The notes below the pieces were generated by a model. That model searched no databases. It was not told the DNA's origin and saw only the letters and a program-made list of their open reading frames with translations. From Anaeromyxobacter sp. (GTDB lineage Bacteria; Myxococcota; Myxococcia; Myxococcales; Anaeromyxobacteraceae): a stretch of 64,000 nt of DNA. The DNA lies in contig JASGJN010000022.1 of the NCBI GenBank assembly GCA_049840735.1, positions 128,001-192,000 of the forward strand, in the 5' to 3' direction. A program made the translations under genes and the position numbers. Each line of letters opens with the position of its first letter. The first letter of the stretch is position 1. This document shows positions 48,780 to 59,362 of this stretch, one piece after another.

Positions 48780-50274
48780 ATGCTTCATCGCCTGCCGTGG
48801 TCCACCGCCTTTCTGGTCCTCGCCGCCTGCAACGCCTCCTCCGGCGGCAGCGGCCCGCCGCCCTGGACCGGCGACGATCCGCCTGCCACCTGCGCCGTCC
48901 CGGAGGCGCCTCGCGACGTCTCGGCCCCGGACCACGTGGTCGGCGACGGAACGCCCGGCAGCTGCACCGCCGCGGCGTTGCAGGCGGCCGCCACCGCGGG
49001 CGGGACCATCGTCTTCGACTGCGGGGCGGACCCGGTCACGGTGACAGTCGCCAGCCCCATCGTCTTCACCCGCGCGGCGGTGCTGGACGGCGGCGGGAAG
49101 GTCACGCTCTCCGGCGGCGGCGCCAGCCGCATCCTCTACCTGGACTCCGGCTACGACCAGGCCGGTCCGCGGCTGGTGGTGCAGCGGCTCACCCTCCGCG
49201 CCGGCCGCAGCCCGGCCGCGGGCGACGACACCGCCCGGGGCGGCGGCGCCATCTACCGCGACGGCGGCAGCCTCAGCGTCATCGACTGCGTCTTCCTGGA
49301 CAACCGCGCCCCGGCGTCCGGCCAGGACGTGGCCGGCGGCGCCATCTACGGCTTCGGCGGCGGCGAGACGGTCATCACCGGCTCGGTCTTCTCCGGCAAC
49401 CAGGGCTCCAACGGCGGCGCGGTGGGGAGCCTCAACGGCGACCTGACCATCGTGAACAGCGCCTTCGAGGACAACGCCGCCACCGGCTCGGGCGGCAACC
49501 CGGGCGACGGCGGGTGCGGCGGCGCCGTCTACATGGACGGCGGCGGCGAGGCCGCCACGCTCTGCGGCGTGTCACTCACCGGCAACCGCGCCGGCGCCAT
49601 CGGCGGCGCCTTCTTCCGCGTCTCCAACGACCACACCGGCACGCTGGCCATGGATCGCTGCACGGTGCACGGGAACACCGTCACCCCCTCCGACCGCGGC
49701 AACGCCGGCGGGCTCTACCTGGAGGGCCTGGCGCTCACCGTGACCCGCTCAACCATCTCCGGCAACCAGGCCTTCTACAACGGCGGCCTCTGGATCAACC
49801 GCGGCCAGGCGCAGCTCGCCAACGTGACCATCGCCGGCAACGTGGCCACCGGCTCCAACGGCGGCGGGCTCTGGCTGGGGAACGCTCCCGCCGGCGTGCT
49901 GCTCAACTGCACCATCGCCGACAACCACGCCATCGGGCAGGACCAGAATCGCCGGCGCCATCTTCGGCGGCGGCCTCTCGCTCAGGAACACCATCGTCTC
50001 CGGCAACACCGCCATGTGGGTCCCGGGCTGCAACGCCGTCCACGGCGACGGCGGCGGCAACGTGCAGTGGCCGGACGGCGCGCTCTGCGCCGCCGGCGCG
50101 GCGGTGGTCGATCCGCAGCTCTCCGCCCTGGCCGACAACGGCGGTCCCACCGCCACGCTGCTGCCGGCGGCGACCAGCCCGGCCCGCGCCCGGGGCACCG
50201 GCTGCCCCGCCACCGACCAGCGCGGCCAGGCGCGGGCGGAGCCCTGCACGGCAGGGGCGGTGGAGGTGCCGTGA
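48780..50274 (+). CDS. Secreted beta-helix lipoprotein with GGAI repeats and choice-of-anchor-Q-like tail (frameshift near 49945)
   Basis: Lipobox LAAC; repeated GGAIY/GGAV..FxxN; tail DPQLSALADNGGPTAT..TDQRG..GAVE. Confidence 0.8.
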
Positions 50275-50310
50275 CTCGGGCGTTTGAGGTGCCGTGACTC
50301 GGGCGTTGAG
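50263..50310 (+). repeat. 23-bp tandem duplication spanning the stop codon
   Basis: GAGGTGCCGTGACTCGGGCGTTT followed by GAGGTGCCGTGACTCGGGCGTT-GAG. Confidence 0.9.
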
Positions 50311-50412
50311 CACCACACACCAGGAGCGTCCACGCCTGGGCAACGTCCGTACGGTGCGGAGAGCGAGGGCCCGCATCAGCTGGCCCTCGCTGACCTTGAA
50401 CGCCTCGCTCTG

Positions 50413-50887
50413 CTACGCCGACGCAGCAGCCTTGGCAGGCGCTGAGGCAGCTTCCAGCTGGTTCTGGACAGCGCGCCGGAACGCGTCGGGCTCGCTGATG
50501 TTGGCGAACGGAGTCCGTGTGCTGCCCGTGCCGTTCACAACGATCGTTCCGTAGCCAAGGATACGGCCCAGGATCCCCTGGTTCACTGCAACGCCCTCGA
50601 CCTTCGTCAGCAGAGTCTCCAGCGACTGCCGCCGAATGAACCCCACCTTGATCATGACGCGCTTGCTGGTCACACCGAACTCTGCCGTGCTCATGCTGAG
50701 GTAGGCGATAGCCCCAGAGGCTGCCGCAACCGCGAGGCACAGAGACCCGAAGCCGTATGCGCCCATGGCGAACATTAGCAATCCGAAGGTGCCCCAGCCG
50801 ATTGCTCCTCGAAACTCGAATCCAGTGAAGCTTGGCTCGGTAGACGACCACTTCACCAATAGTGATATTCTCGTCGATATAGGACAA
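50413..50887 (-). CDS. Membrane protein with bacterial PH (bPH_2/DUF304) domain (frameshift near 50815)
   Basis: SYIDENI..GEVVVYRAKLHW, then EFGVTSKRVMIKVGFIRR..KVEGVAVNQGILGRILGYGTI. Lower GC than the flanks. Confidence 0.8.
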
Positions 50888-51096
50888 GGGGTTCCCCTCG
50901 ATTGGGCGGCAGCGCCCTGGTTTGACCCAGCGTCGCATCGCCTGCGTCGGGCCGCCGTGACAGTGATCAATATTGCCATGCGCGCGGCCGTCCCGATGAC
51001 GTCGCGTGATGCAGGACCTGCGCTTCCTCAAGCGAACTCGAACTGGTGCTCGTACTCTTCGCCAGATCGCGAGGCGGTGCCTTGTTGCGTTGCCCG

Positions 51097-54000
51097 TCAC
51101 CCGCTCACCAGCAGCGCCACCGGAAACTCCTCCAGCAGCCCCGCCACCTGCAGCGCCTCGCCCTGATGCTCCGCCCCGGTGACCACGTCGCGCCAGCGGC
51201 CCGGCAGGCCGGGCAGCGGCAGCGTCCCCTCCCAGCGCGGCGCGCCGCCGCCCTGCTCGGCCAGCGCCAGCGTGAGCCGGGGGGCCACGCACAGCGCGGC
51301 CCGCCCCTGGTGCAGGCGGGCGAAGGCGAAGAGGTGCGCCGCGTGCGGCCCCGCCGCCGCCAGCGGCCGGTGCTCGCCGTGCAGGAAGAGCGCGCGATCG
51401 GCGGCGCGGGCGTGCAGCCCGCAGTGCAGCAGCAGCAGCTTGGCGCGCCCGTCCGGCAGCGCCCCCGGCGCCGACACCTCGCGCACCAGCGCCCGCCGCG
51501 CCTCCGGGCCCTGCGAGAGCCGCCCCTGCAGCGCCTCCAGCAGGTGCCGGCGGTGGTCGTAGTCCACCGGCCGGCGGTTGTCCGGGTCCACCAGGGACAG
51601 GTCCCACAGCTCGGTCCCTTGGTAGACGTCCGGCACGCCGGGCGCGAAGAGCTTCACCGCCACCTGCGAGAGCGAGTGGCGCCGCCCGGCCTGCGCGGCG
51701 CGGCCGGCCAGCGCCGCCAGCCCGTCCAGGAAGGGCCGCGAGGAGAGGGCCCGCGCCACGAAGGTCCGCACCGCGGCCTCGTACTCCTCGTCGGGGTTGG
51801 TCCAGCTGGTGTGCCGCTTCCCCTCGCGCAGCGCCTTCTGCATGTATTGCTGGATCCGCTCCACGAAGGCGGCGTGGTCGGGCGTGCCGGGCGCGAGCCC
51901 CTGGTCCGGGAAGGCGCCGATCAGCGTCTGGTAGAGCAGGTACTCGTCGCGGCGGTCCGGCGCGGTCCGCCCCTCCTTGCGCAGCGCGTGGGGGCGGTTC
52001 TGCCGCGACCAGCGGGTGAAGGCGGCGCGGAAGTCGCCGGGCAGCTCCGAGAGCGCGTCGATGCGCAGCCGGACGTCCTCGCTCCGCTTGGTGTCGTGCG
52101 TGGAGGTGGCGGAGAGCGAGCCGGGGAAGCGGGCCTGCCGGTCGGCCAGGAGCCCGTGCACCTCCCCCGGCGAGACGCCGAAGCGGCGCGGCTCGCCGCC
52201 CACCTCGTTGAGCGAGACCAGCCGCACGTAGCGGTAGAAGGTGGTGTCCTCCACCGCCTTGGCCGTCACCGGCCCGGTCACCTGCTGCAGCCGCAGCGAG
52301 AACTCCAGCCACTCGCGGCGGGCCTCGTCGGCCAGGCCGTCTGGGTAGCGCTGCAGGATCACGTCGCGGAGGAAGTCGTAGATGGAGGGGTCCACCACCG
52401 GGCTGCGCCGCCGCGCCCGGGCGATGGTGGCCTCCACGGTGGCCCGGTCGCGCTCCTCCACCTCGCCGCGGCGGGTGACGTAGGTCCGGTAGATGGGGAA
52501 CAGCGCCACGTACTCGACCAGCGCAGCGCTGAGCTCGTTGAGCGTGAAGTCGCGGGTGCGCCGGTCGGTCTCTGAGAGGCGCGAGAGCCGGTGGGCCAGC
52601 ATGTTGACCTCGCTCGACATCGAGGCCGACATGATGAGCCGCTTGGCCTCGGCGGCCACCTCGCGCGGATCCTCGCGCCCGCCGGCCACGCGCGCGTGGA
52701 GCGTGTCGAAGGCGCGCTCGGCGGCGGGATCCACGAAGAGGCCGTTCACCGCGGCCAGGAAGTCGTAGCCGGTGGTCCCGTCCACGTCCCAGCCGTCCGG
52801 CATGCGCTCGGGGTGGACCAGCACCTTCTCCACCACCACGTAGAGCGGCCGCAGCGGGAGCCGCCCCGCCTCCAGCTCGGCGAAGAGCCGCTCCAGCGCC
52901 CGCGCCTCGGCGGCCGCGTCCAGCGGCGCGCCCTCCGCCGCCGCCAGCAGGCGGACCCGCTCCAGCAGGTGCGAGGCCTGCAGCCGGCGGAAGTAGGCGG
53001 GCGGCACGTAGAGGCCGTCGGGGTGGTCGATGCGCAGGCCGGTGGCCTTGCCCTCGCGGATGAGCCCCAGCACCACCCGGTGCGCCTCGCCGAAGACCGC
53101 CGGGTCCTCCATCTTGAGCGCGGCCAGCCCGTTCACGTCGAAGAAGCGGCGGTAGTTGATCTCCTCGCCGGCCACGCGCCAGAAGGCGAGCCGGTAGGGC
53201 TGCGCGTCGAGCAGCGCCTGCAGCGCGTCGAAGGAGCGCGGCTCGCCCGGGGTGCCGTTGAGCGCGGCCACGTTGCCGTCCACGTGCGCGCGCACCGCCT
53301 CGCTGGCCTCGCAGACCGCGGCCAGCCGGCGCTTCGCCACCTCCTTCTCCCGGGCCCGCTCGGCCACCGACTCCGGCGTGGGCTCGTAGCGCGGGGCCAG
53401 CTTCTCCAGGGCGGAGCAGATCGACTCCAGCTCCTGCACGTGCGGGTCGTCCGGCCCGGCCGCCTCCCTGAGCGCGTCCAGCCGGAGCCGCAGCACCTGG
53501 GGCACCGAGCGCGGCGTGACCGGGAAGGCGTGGTCCCAGTAGCGGATCAGGAAGGCGCCGCCCTCGCGCCCGAGCTTCAGCTCGCCCCGCTCCAGCACGC
53601 GGCCGAACTGGTCGCCCAGCACCGGGATCAGCACCTTGCCGGCCAGCTCGGCCTTGATCGGCGCCCAGTCCACGTCGAAGGCCCGGGCGTGGATGGAGGC
53701 GCGGCCGTTCTCCAGCAGGTCCATCCACCAGGGGTTCTGCGGACCGATCCCCATGTGGTTGGGGACGTAGTCGAGCAGGATCCCCATGCCGCGCGCCGCG
53801 CAGGCCGCCGCCAGGCGCGCGTAGCCCTCCTCGCCGCCCAGCTCCGGGTTGATCCGGCCGTGGTCCACGACGTCGTACCCGTGCGTGGAGCCGGGCGCGG
53901 CGGCGAGGATGGGGGAGAGGTACAGGTCGGTGATGCCCAGCGCGTGCAGGTAGGGCACCACCGCGGCGGCGGCGTCGAACCCGAACCCGGCGTGGAGCTG

Positions 54001-54108
54001 CAGCCGGTAGGTGGAGGCGGGGCGCGGGGTGATCCCCTCGCCCCGCGTGAGCCCCCGCCTCAACGCCTCGAGCAGCGCCTCGATCCGGCCGACGTCGACC
54101 GCCCCCAC
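51097..54108 (-). CDS. treY: Malto-oligosyltrehalose synthase
   Basis: [56 protein letters not shown] and PGVPDVYQG. Confidence 0.95.
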   Translation of the reverse strand: MGAVDVGRIEALLEALRRGLTRGEGITPRPASTYRLQLHAGFGFDAAAAVVPYLHALGITDLYLSPILAAAPGSTHGYDVVDHGRINPELGGEEGYARLAAACAARGMGILLDYVPNHMGIGPQNPWWMDLLENGRASIHARAFDVDWAPIKAELAGKVLIPVLGDQFGRVLERGELKLGREGGAFLIRYWDHAFPVTPRSVPQVLRLRLDALREAAGPDDPHVQELESICSALEKLAPRYEPTPESVAERAREKEVAKRRLAAVCEASEAVRAHVDGNVAALNGTPGEPRSFDALQALLDAQPYRLAFWRVAGEEINYRRFFDVNGLAALKMEDPAVFGEAHRVVLGLIREGKATGLRIDHPDGLYVPPAYFRRLQASHLLERVRLLAAAEGAPLDAAAEARALERLFAELEAGRLPLRPLYVVVEKVLVHPERMPDGWDVDGTTGYDFLAAVNGLFVDPAAERAFDTLHARVAGGREDPREVAAEAKRLIMSASMSSEVNMLAHRLSRLSETDRRTRDFTLNELSAALVEYVALFPIYRTYVTRRGEVEERDRATVEATIARARRRSPVVDPSIYDFLRDVILQRYPDGLADEARREWLEFSLRLQQVTGPVTAKAVEDTTFYRYVRLVSLNEVGGEPRRFGVSPGEVHGLLADRQARFPGSLSATSTHDTKRSEDVRLRIDALSELPGDFRAAFTRWSRQNRPHALRKEGRTAPDRRDEYLLYQTLIGAFPDQGLAPGTPDHAAFVERIQQYMQKALREGKRHTSWTNPDEEYEAAVRTFVARALSSRPFLDGLAALAGRAAQAGRRHSLSQVAVKLFAPGVPDVYQGTELWDLSLVDPDNRRPVDYDHRRHLLEALQGRLSQGPEARRALVREVSAPGALPDGRAKLLLLHCGLHARAADRALFLHGEHRPLAAAGPHAAHLFAFARLHQGRAALCVAPRLTLALAEQGGGAPRWEGTLPLPGLPGRWRDVVTGAEHQGEALQVAGLLEEFPVALLVSG

Positions 54109-54156
54109 CCCGCCTCCCCCCGCCGATCCAGCGCGCCGCCCTGCGGCGCCCGCCCG

Positions 54157-55727
54157 CTACGGGCGACCCTGCGGGACCCGGCGGTGGCGGACGGACAGCG
54201 CGAGCAGCCGCTCGCGCGTGGCCTTGTCCGCGGCCAGGGCCGCGCAGTCCATCGGCATCCGGTACGTCCAGTTCTGGTCGGTGACCGTGCCCGGCACGTT
54301 CACCCGCTCGCGCGCGCCGAGCAGGTCCTGGAACGGCACCAGGGCCAGGTCGGAGCCGGCGCCGTAGATCATCTCCAGCAGCGCGTCGCGCACGCCCGTG
54401 TCGAAGGTCTTCGCGTCGCGGGCGCGGAGCGCCTCGAGCTGCGGCAGCTGGTGCATCGAGCGCCGCTCGTGCTCGGGCAGCGCGTCGTACCAGTCGGCGA
54501 CGGAGTCGGTGTCGTGGGTGCCGGTGGTGGCCACCGAGACGGCCGGCCACTTGGCCGGATCACGCCAGGGCTCGCCGGGGAGGTTGTAGTCCTTCTCCCA
54601 GCGCTGCACGCGGTAGCCGGGGATGCGGAGCCGCTCCAGGGAGTGGCGGACGAAGTCCGGCACCACGCCCAGGTCCTCGGCCACCACCGTGGCGCCCTCG
54701 GAGCAGATGCCCAGCACGGCCTCGCCGTTGCGCAGCTGCGCCGGCTCGTTGTCCGGCACGAAGCGGGCCGGGCCGCCGTCGTTCGGGAAGTGATAGGTCC
54801 GGTAGATGCCCACCACGTGGTCCACGCGGTAGAGGTCGTACAGGTCCGCCATGCGGCGGGCCCGCTCGCGGATCCACGGGTAGCCCTCGGCCGACATCTT
54901 GTCCCAGCGGTAGACCGGGAGCCCCCAGTCCTGGCCGGTGGGGCTGAAGGCGTCGGGCGGCACGCCCACGCGGGCGTCGAGCCGGAAGTCCTCGCGGCGG
55001 GCCCAGACGTCGGCGGAGTCGCTGGCCACCATGAAGGGCAGGTCGCCGCCCAGCTGCACGCCGTGGCCGTTGGCCTCGCGGCGCGCCGCGCGCCACTGCT
55101 CCTCGCCCACCCACTGCAGCCAGGTCTGGAAGAGGATCTCGCGCGAGTGGCGGGCGCGGGCGTCGGCCAGCGCAGCCGCGTCGCGATCGCGCAGCGGGGC
55201 CGGCCAGTCCAGCCAGCCGCGGCCGGCGAACTCGCGGTCGTGCAGCGCCACGAACAGCGTGTACTCCTGCAGCCAGGAGGCCTCGTCGCGGGCGAAGAGC
55301 TCCAGGCTCCTGGCGCGCGCGGTCTTCTTGCTCCACTCCTCCTTCTCGAACCGGTCGAAGGCGATCTGGAAGGCGCGGAGCTTCAGCGCGCGGACCTCGT
55401 CCCAGCGCACCTGCGGCGCGGCGCGGACCGCGGCCAGCCGCTTCCGCTCGTCGGCGGTGAGCGCGTCCTCGCCGCCCGCCTTGCGGAAGTCCTCCAGCGC
55501 GGCCGGCGAGACGTAGACCGGGTCGAGCGCGAAGGCGGAGAGCGCGCCGTACGGGCTGGTCTGGCCGCGCGAGGCCTCGTTCACCGGCAGCAACAGCACC
55601 AGCGAGAGACCCGAGTCCTTCGCCCAGCGGGTGAAGGGGACGAGATGGGGATCTCGCCGACGCCCCAGTCGGACTTGGAGCGGAGGGAGAAGAGGGGGAG
55701 GAGGACGCCTGCCTGGCGGGTGGTCAT
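54157..55727 (-). CDS. malQ: 4-alpha-glucanotransferase, GH77 (frameshift near 55645)
   Basis: AGVLLPLFSL, SPYGALSAFA, GVPPDAFSPTGQDWGLP, YRVDHVVG, AEDLG, TGTHD and VNVPGT..NW. Confidence 0.93.
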
Positions 55728-55840
55728 GGGCGCGTAACCTGTTGGAGTTCCACCCCGCCCACAAGTTCGGTCTTGTGGCGCGAGGGGGCACCGGGATATC
55801 AGACTCGGCGCCCTGAAGGCACCCATCTTTCGAGGGGACG

Positions 55841-56812
55841 ATCACGACCACCCGCGGCCGCTTCGCCCCGTCTCCGACCGGCCCGCTCCACCTCGGCAAC
55901 GCCCGCACAGCGCTCCTCTCCTGGCTGTCCGCGCGCGCGCAGGGTGGCGTCTACCTCATGCGCGTCGAGGACCTGGACGGACCGCGGGTCCGCCCCGGGC
56001 TCGAGACGGCCATCCTGGAGGAGCTGAGGTGGCTGGGGCTGGACTGGGACGAGGGGCCGGACGTGGGCGGCCCATGGGCCCCCTACCGGCAGTCGGAGCG
56101 GCTCCCGCGGTACCGTGACGCACTGGACGTGCTGAGGCGCGCAGGGCGCGCCTATCCCTGCTTCTGCTCGCGCGCCGAGATCGCCGCGGTGTCGCAGGCG
56201 CCGCACGGGCCATCGGACGAGGGGCCCCGCTACCCGGGCACCTGCCGTGACCTCTCGGCCGAGGAGGTGGCGCGGCGCTCGGCCGCGCGCCGCCCTGCCT
56301 GGCGTTTCCGGGTGCCGGACGGGGAGGTGTCCTTCGAGGACGGCGTGCACGGGCCGCGGACCCACGACGTCGCGGCCGAGACCGGCGACTTCGTGATCAT
56401 GCGCGCCGACGGGGTGCCGGCCTACCAGCTCGCGGTGGTGGTGGACGACGCCGCCATGGAGGTGAGCGAGGTGGTGCGCGGCGACGACCTGCTCCCGTCC
56501 ACCGCGCGGCAGCTGCTGCTGTACCGCGCGCTCGGCCTGCCCGAGCCGCGCTTCGCCCACGTGCCGCTGGTGGTGGGGGAGGACGGGACGCGGCTCGCGA
56601 AGCGGCACGGCGCGCTCTCGCTGGGCGAGCTGCGCGCCCGCGGCGCCGATCCCCGCCGCGTGGCCGGCCTGCTGGCCCACGCCTCCGGCCTGACCCAGGA
56701 CGCCGGGCCGGTGGAGCCGAGGGCGCTGGTGGAGGGGTTCGCAGTGGGGCGGCTCCCGAGAGGGCCAGCGCAGCTCGCGAAGGCGGAGGTGGAGGGGCTG
56801 CTGGAACCGTGA
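55841..56812 (+). CDS. gluQ: Glutamyl-Q tRNA(Asp) synthetase (no canonical start codon visible)
   Basis: RFAPSPTGPLHLGN, RVEDLD, YPCFCSR, YQLAVVVDD, VVRGDDLL and RLAKR. Lacks an anticodon-binding domain. Confidence 0.9.
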   Translation: MTTTRGRFAPSPTGPLHLGNARTALLSWLSARAQGGVYLMRVEDLDGPRVRPGLETAILEELRWLGLDWDEGPDVGGPWAPYRQSERLPRYRDALDVLRRAGRAYPCFCSRAEIAAVSQAPHGPSDEGPRYPGTCRDLSAEEVARRSAARRPAWRFRVPDGEVSFEDGVHGPRTHDVAAETGDFVIMRADGVPAYQLAVVVDDAAMEVSEVVRGDDLLPSTARQLLLYRALGLPEPRFAHVPLVVGEDGTRLAKRHGALSLGELRARGADPRRVAGLLAHASGLTQDAGPVEPRALVEGFAVGRLPRGPAQLAKAEVEGLLEP

Positions 56813-56858
56813 CCCTGATCTCCGCCTTCCCTTGAAGGGACCCATTTCACGGACGGTC

Positions 56859-58049
56859 TCACCCCAAGGGCGCACGCGCTGGAGCAGGTGAAAGGGAGAG
56901 GGAGGGGATGAAGGCAGCCATCTTCTCGCGCCCGTAGGCGCCCACCGCCGCCCACTGGTTATGCGGACGGCAGCGGAGCCGAAGGTTGCGGGCGGTCGGC
57001 GGCCCGCCCTTCGCCTCCGGGTCGATGTGGTCCAGCTCCAGCTGCCAGCGGCTGCCGCAGCGGCGGCCGTCGGGCGAGACATAGGAGCAGCAGCCGCCGT
57101 CGCGCGCCCAGACCTCCCGCCGGACCTCGGCGGTGACGGTGCGAGGGTCGAAGCGGTACGGCGTGGCGATGAGGGGCACAGGCGCGTCGTCGCCCGACAA
57201 ACACTCGGACCCTGCCGAAAGGTCGGCGTCCACTGGCGCCGCAGCCGCAGCGTTCGTCGGCTCCGCCGCCCCCTTCCGCTTCGCATGCTTCTCGACCGCG
57301 CAGCTGATGGCCTCCTTGAGGACGTCCGCCAGGTTGCCGTCGGGAATCTTGTGGGAGAGGAGGTTGCGAAGGGTCTCGAGCTCGGCGCGTGCGTCGTCGT
57401 CCAGCGTGACCCGCAGCGACCACTGCTCGGCGTTGACGGGCCGAAGCTCGGGCCGGCTCTGGGCAGGGGAGGGAGCAGCGAGCACGAAGGCGGGCTCCGA
57501 GGAGACGGCCGGCTCCTGAGGCCGGGACGGAACCGCCTCAACCGACGCGGTCACCAGTGCAGTCACACCCGTTGGATCCACCGGACGGGGCTGGGGGGCG
57601 GCAGGGGGCTGAGAAGGGAGCCGACGTACCCCGTCCTTCGGCGCCTCGCGCGGCTTGATGGTGACGACCAGCCGCTCCACCTCGGCCTTGGACTTGAAGC
57701 CCGCGTTCCCGACCAGCTCCTCCAGGTTCGCCTCCGTCAGCACCTCGCGCAGCATCCCCAGCGTGGTGAGCGTGAGCCGCCCCTCTCGCAGCGGCGCCTC
57801 GAGGGAAGGGAACCGGGCGAGGAGACGCATGGTCGTGATGCGCCGGTACGCGCCGTCCTCGGAGAGGTGCAGCGCCTCCCGGCAGTACGCCCACAGCGAC
57901 GGGAACCCCTGGTCCAGGTAGAGCTTCCGCCGCTCGACCTCGGCCAGCACCAGCAGGAACTCGACCTTGATGCCCCGCTCGTCCGCAGCGAGCGACCGCA
58001 GGTGAGCGATGAGGGAGACGTTGTCCAGCGCATCGAGTCGAGCAGCCAT
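56859..58049 (-). CDS. HNH endonuclease with long helical N-terminal domain
   Basis: VRREVWARDGGCC..RC..LELDHI..KGG....NLRLRCRPHN. N-terminal LAEVERRKLY..SLWAYC..LSEDGAYRRI. GGAGG RBS. Confidence 0.88.
   Translation of the reverse strand: MAARLDALDNVSLIAHLRSLAADERGIKVEFLLVLAEVERRKLYLDQGFPSLWAYCREALHLSEDGAYRRITTMRLLARFPSLEAPLREGRLTLTTLGMLREVLTEANLEELVGNAGFKSKAEVERLVVTIKPREAPKDGVRRLPSQPPAAPQPRPVDPTGVTALVTASVEAVPSRPQEPAVSSEPAFVLAAPSPAQSRPELRPVNAEQWSLRVTLDDDARAELETLRNLLSHKIPDGNLADVLKEAISCAVEKHAKRKGAAEPTNAAAAAPVDADLSAGSECLSGDDAPVPLIATPYRFDPRTVTAEVRREVWARDGGCCSYVSPDGRRCGSRWQLELDHIDPEAKGGPPTARNLRLRCRPHNQWAAVGAYGREKMAAFIPSLSLSPAPARAPLG
56861..56891 (+). repeat. Direct repeat copy 1 flanking the HNH gene
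   Basis: ACCCCAAGGGCGCACGCGCTGGAG (24/24 identical to 58426-58449) plus CAGGTGA. Confidence 0.9.
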
Positions 58050-58300
58050 GGCGTGCACCTCCAGCAGGTGCAGCCATCCTAACCGCGGATTTCGAGGGGC
58101 CCGCGGAGGCCCCTGGCGCATCGCCTGGCGCGAGATCTCGAGACCCCCTCTCCGCCCCCTCCCGCGCCTCCCCGCGCGCCGCAGGGATCACGAAGAGCGC
58201 TGCAGGAGAGCCGCTTCCTGCAGCCCCGTCCCGCGGAGACCGCCCCGCGCCCATTTCACGTCAAGCGAAATCTTCGCAATGCCTCGACACGCCCCACCTG

Positions 58301-58328
58301 CGCTTGCTCCAGCGCGCGGGTGACCTTG
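58301..58328 (-). repeat. Inverted, degenerate copy of the flanking repeat
   Basis: Reverse complement CAAGGTCACCCGCGCGCTGGAGCAAGCG shares CAAGG and CGCGCTGGAG(C/T)A with both direct copies. Confidence 0.65.
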
Positions 58329-58337
58329 TTGGCGCCT

Positions 58338-58387
58338 GGGCTTCGACTCCGCGAGCCCTGCGGGCTCGCTACGCTCAGCCCGAACGG
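58338..58387 (-). repeat. Dispersed structured repeat (long form)
   Basis: Reverse complement is CCGTTCGGGCTGAGCGTAGCGAGCCC-GCA-GGGCTCGCGGAGTCGAAGCCC. Confidence 0.8.
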
Positions 58388-58425
58388 ATCCTTATCAGCA
58401 ATGACCTGACCCCACCACGGATTTG

Positions 58426-58456
58426 ACCCCAAGGGCGCACGCGCTGGAGTAAGTGA
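58426..58456 (+). repeat. Direct repeat copy 2 flanking the HNH gene
   Basis: ACCCCAAGGGCGCACGCGCTGGAG plus TAAGTGA. Confidence 0.9.
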
Positions 58457-58645
58457 CTGGCAGTTGACTCGAAGGGCTAGGCCCCCGGACAGCCGCGGCC
58501 GGAACCGCTCCGCTGTCAGCGCCCGAAGTCTCGCCGACTCACACCCGGACTGTCAGCGATGTCTTGACTGGGACCGACTGGTTCCCACTTGAGACGCCCC
58601 TCTTGCGCCTGCTCTGGAGCAGGCGCACCCGAAGTGAACACGCCC

Positions 58646-59362
58646 CTGTCCGTCCCCGTCCCCGTCCCCGCCACCCGTCCCCGTCCCCGCCACCCGTCCC
58701 CGTCCCCGCCATCCGCCCCCGCCCCCGCCCCCCGCCCCCGCTCCCGCCCCGCCCCGCTCCCGCCCCGCCCCGCTCCCGCCCCGCTCCCGCCCCGCTCCCG
58801 CCCCGCTCCCGCCCCGCCCCCGCTCCCGCCCCCGCTCCCGCCCCCGCTCCCGCTCCCGCTCCCGCTCCGCTCCCGCCCCCGCTCCCGCCCCCGCTCCCGC
58901 CCCCGCTCCCGCCCCCGCTCCCGCCCCCGCTCCCGCTCCCGCCCCCGCCCCCGTCCCCGTCCCCGTCCCCGTCCCCGCCCCCGCCCCCGTCCCCGTCCCC
59001 GTCCCCGTCCCCGTCCCCGCCCCCGCCCCCGTCCCCGTCCCCGTCCCCATCCCCGTCCCCGCTCCCGTCCCCGTCCCCGCTCCCGTCCCCGTCCCCGCTC
59101 CCGTCCCCGTCCCCGCTCCCGTCCCCGTCCCCGTCCCCGCCTCCCGCTCCCGCCCCCACTCCCGCTCCCGCCCCCACTCCCGCTCCCGCCCCCACTCCCG
59201 CCCCCGTCCCCGCTCCCGTCCCCGCTCCCGCTCCCGCCCCCGCCCCCCCACTCGCCCCCCCACCCGCCCCCCCACCCGCCCCGCCCACCCGCCCCCCCAC
59301 CCGCCCCCCCCACCCGTCCCCACCCGCCCGTCCCCACCCGCCCCGCTCCCCCCTCCCCAGCC
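58646..59362. repeat. C-rich hexamer microsatellite (CCCGTC/CCCGCT/CCCGCC/CCCACT)
   Basis: About 0.7 kb of variant hexamers with higher-order blocks, almost no A. Confidence 0.95.

Noticed and set aside
50263..50310. Mini-CRISPR
   Set aside because: The two units are directly adjacent with no spacer, so it is a simple tandem duplication.
56859..58049. IscB/Cas9-like RNA-guided nuclease
   Set aside because: No PLMP or split RuvC motifs are visible, only a C-terminal HNH.
56861..58456. Possible CRISPR array or CRISPR-like repeat-spacer unit
   Set aside because: Only two direct copies about 1.57 kb apart, no regular spacers and no cas genes in the window.
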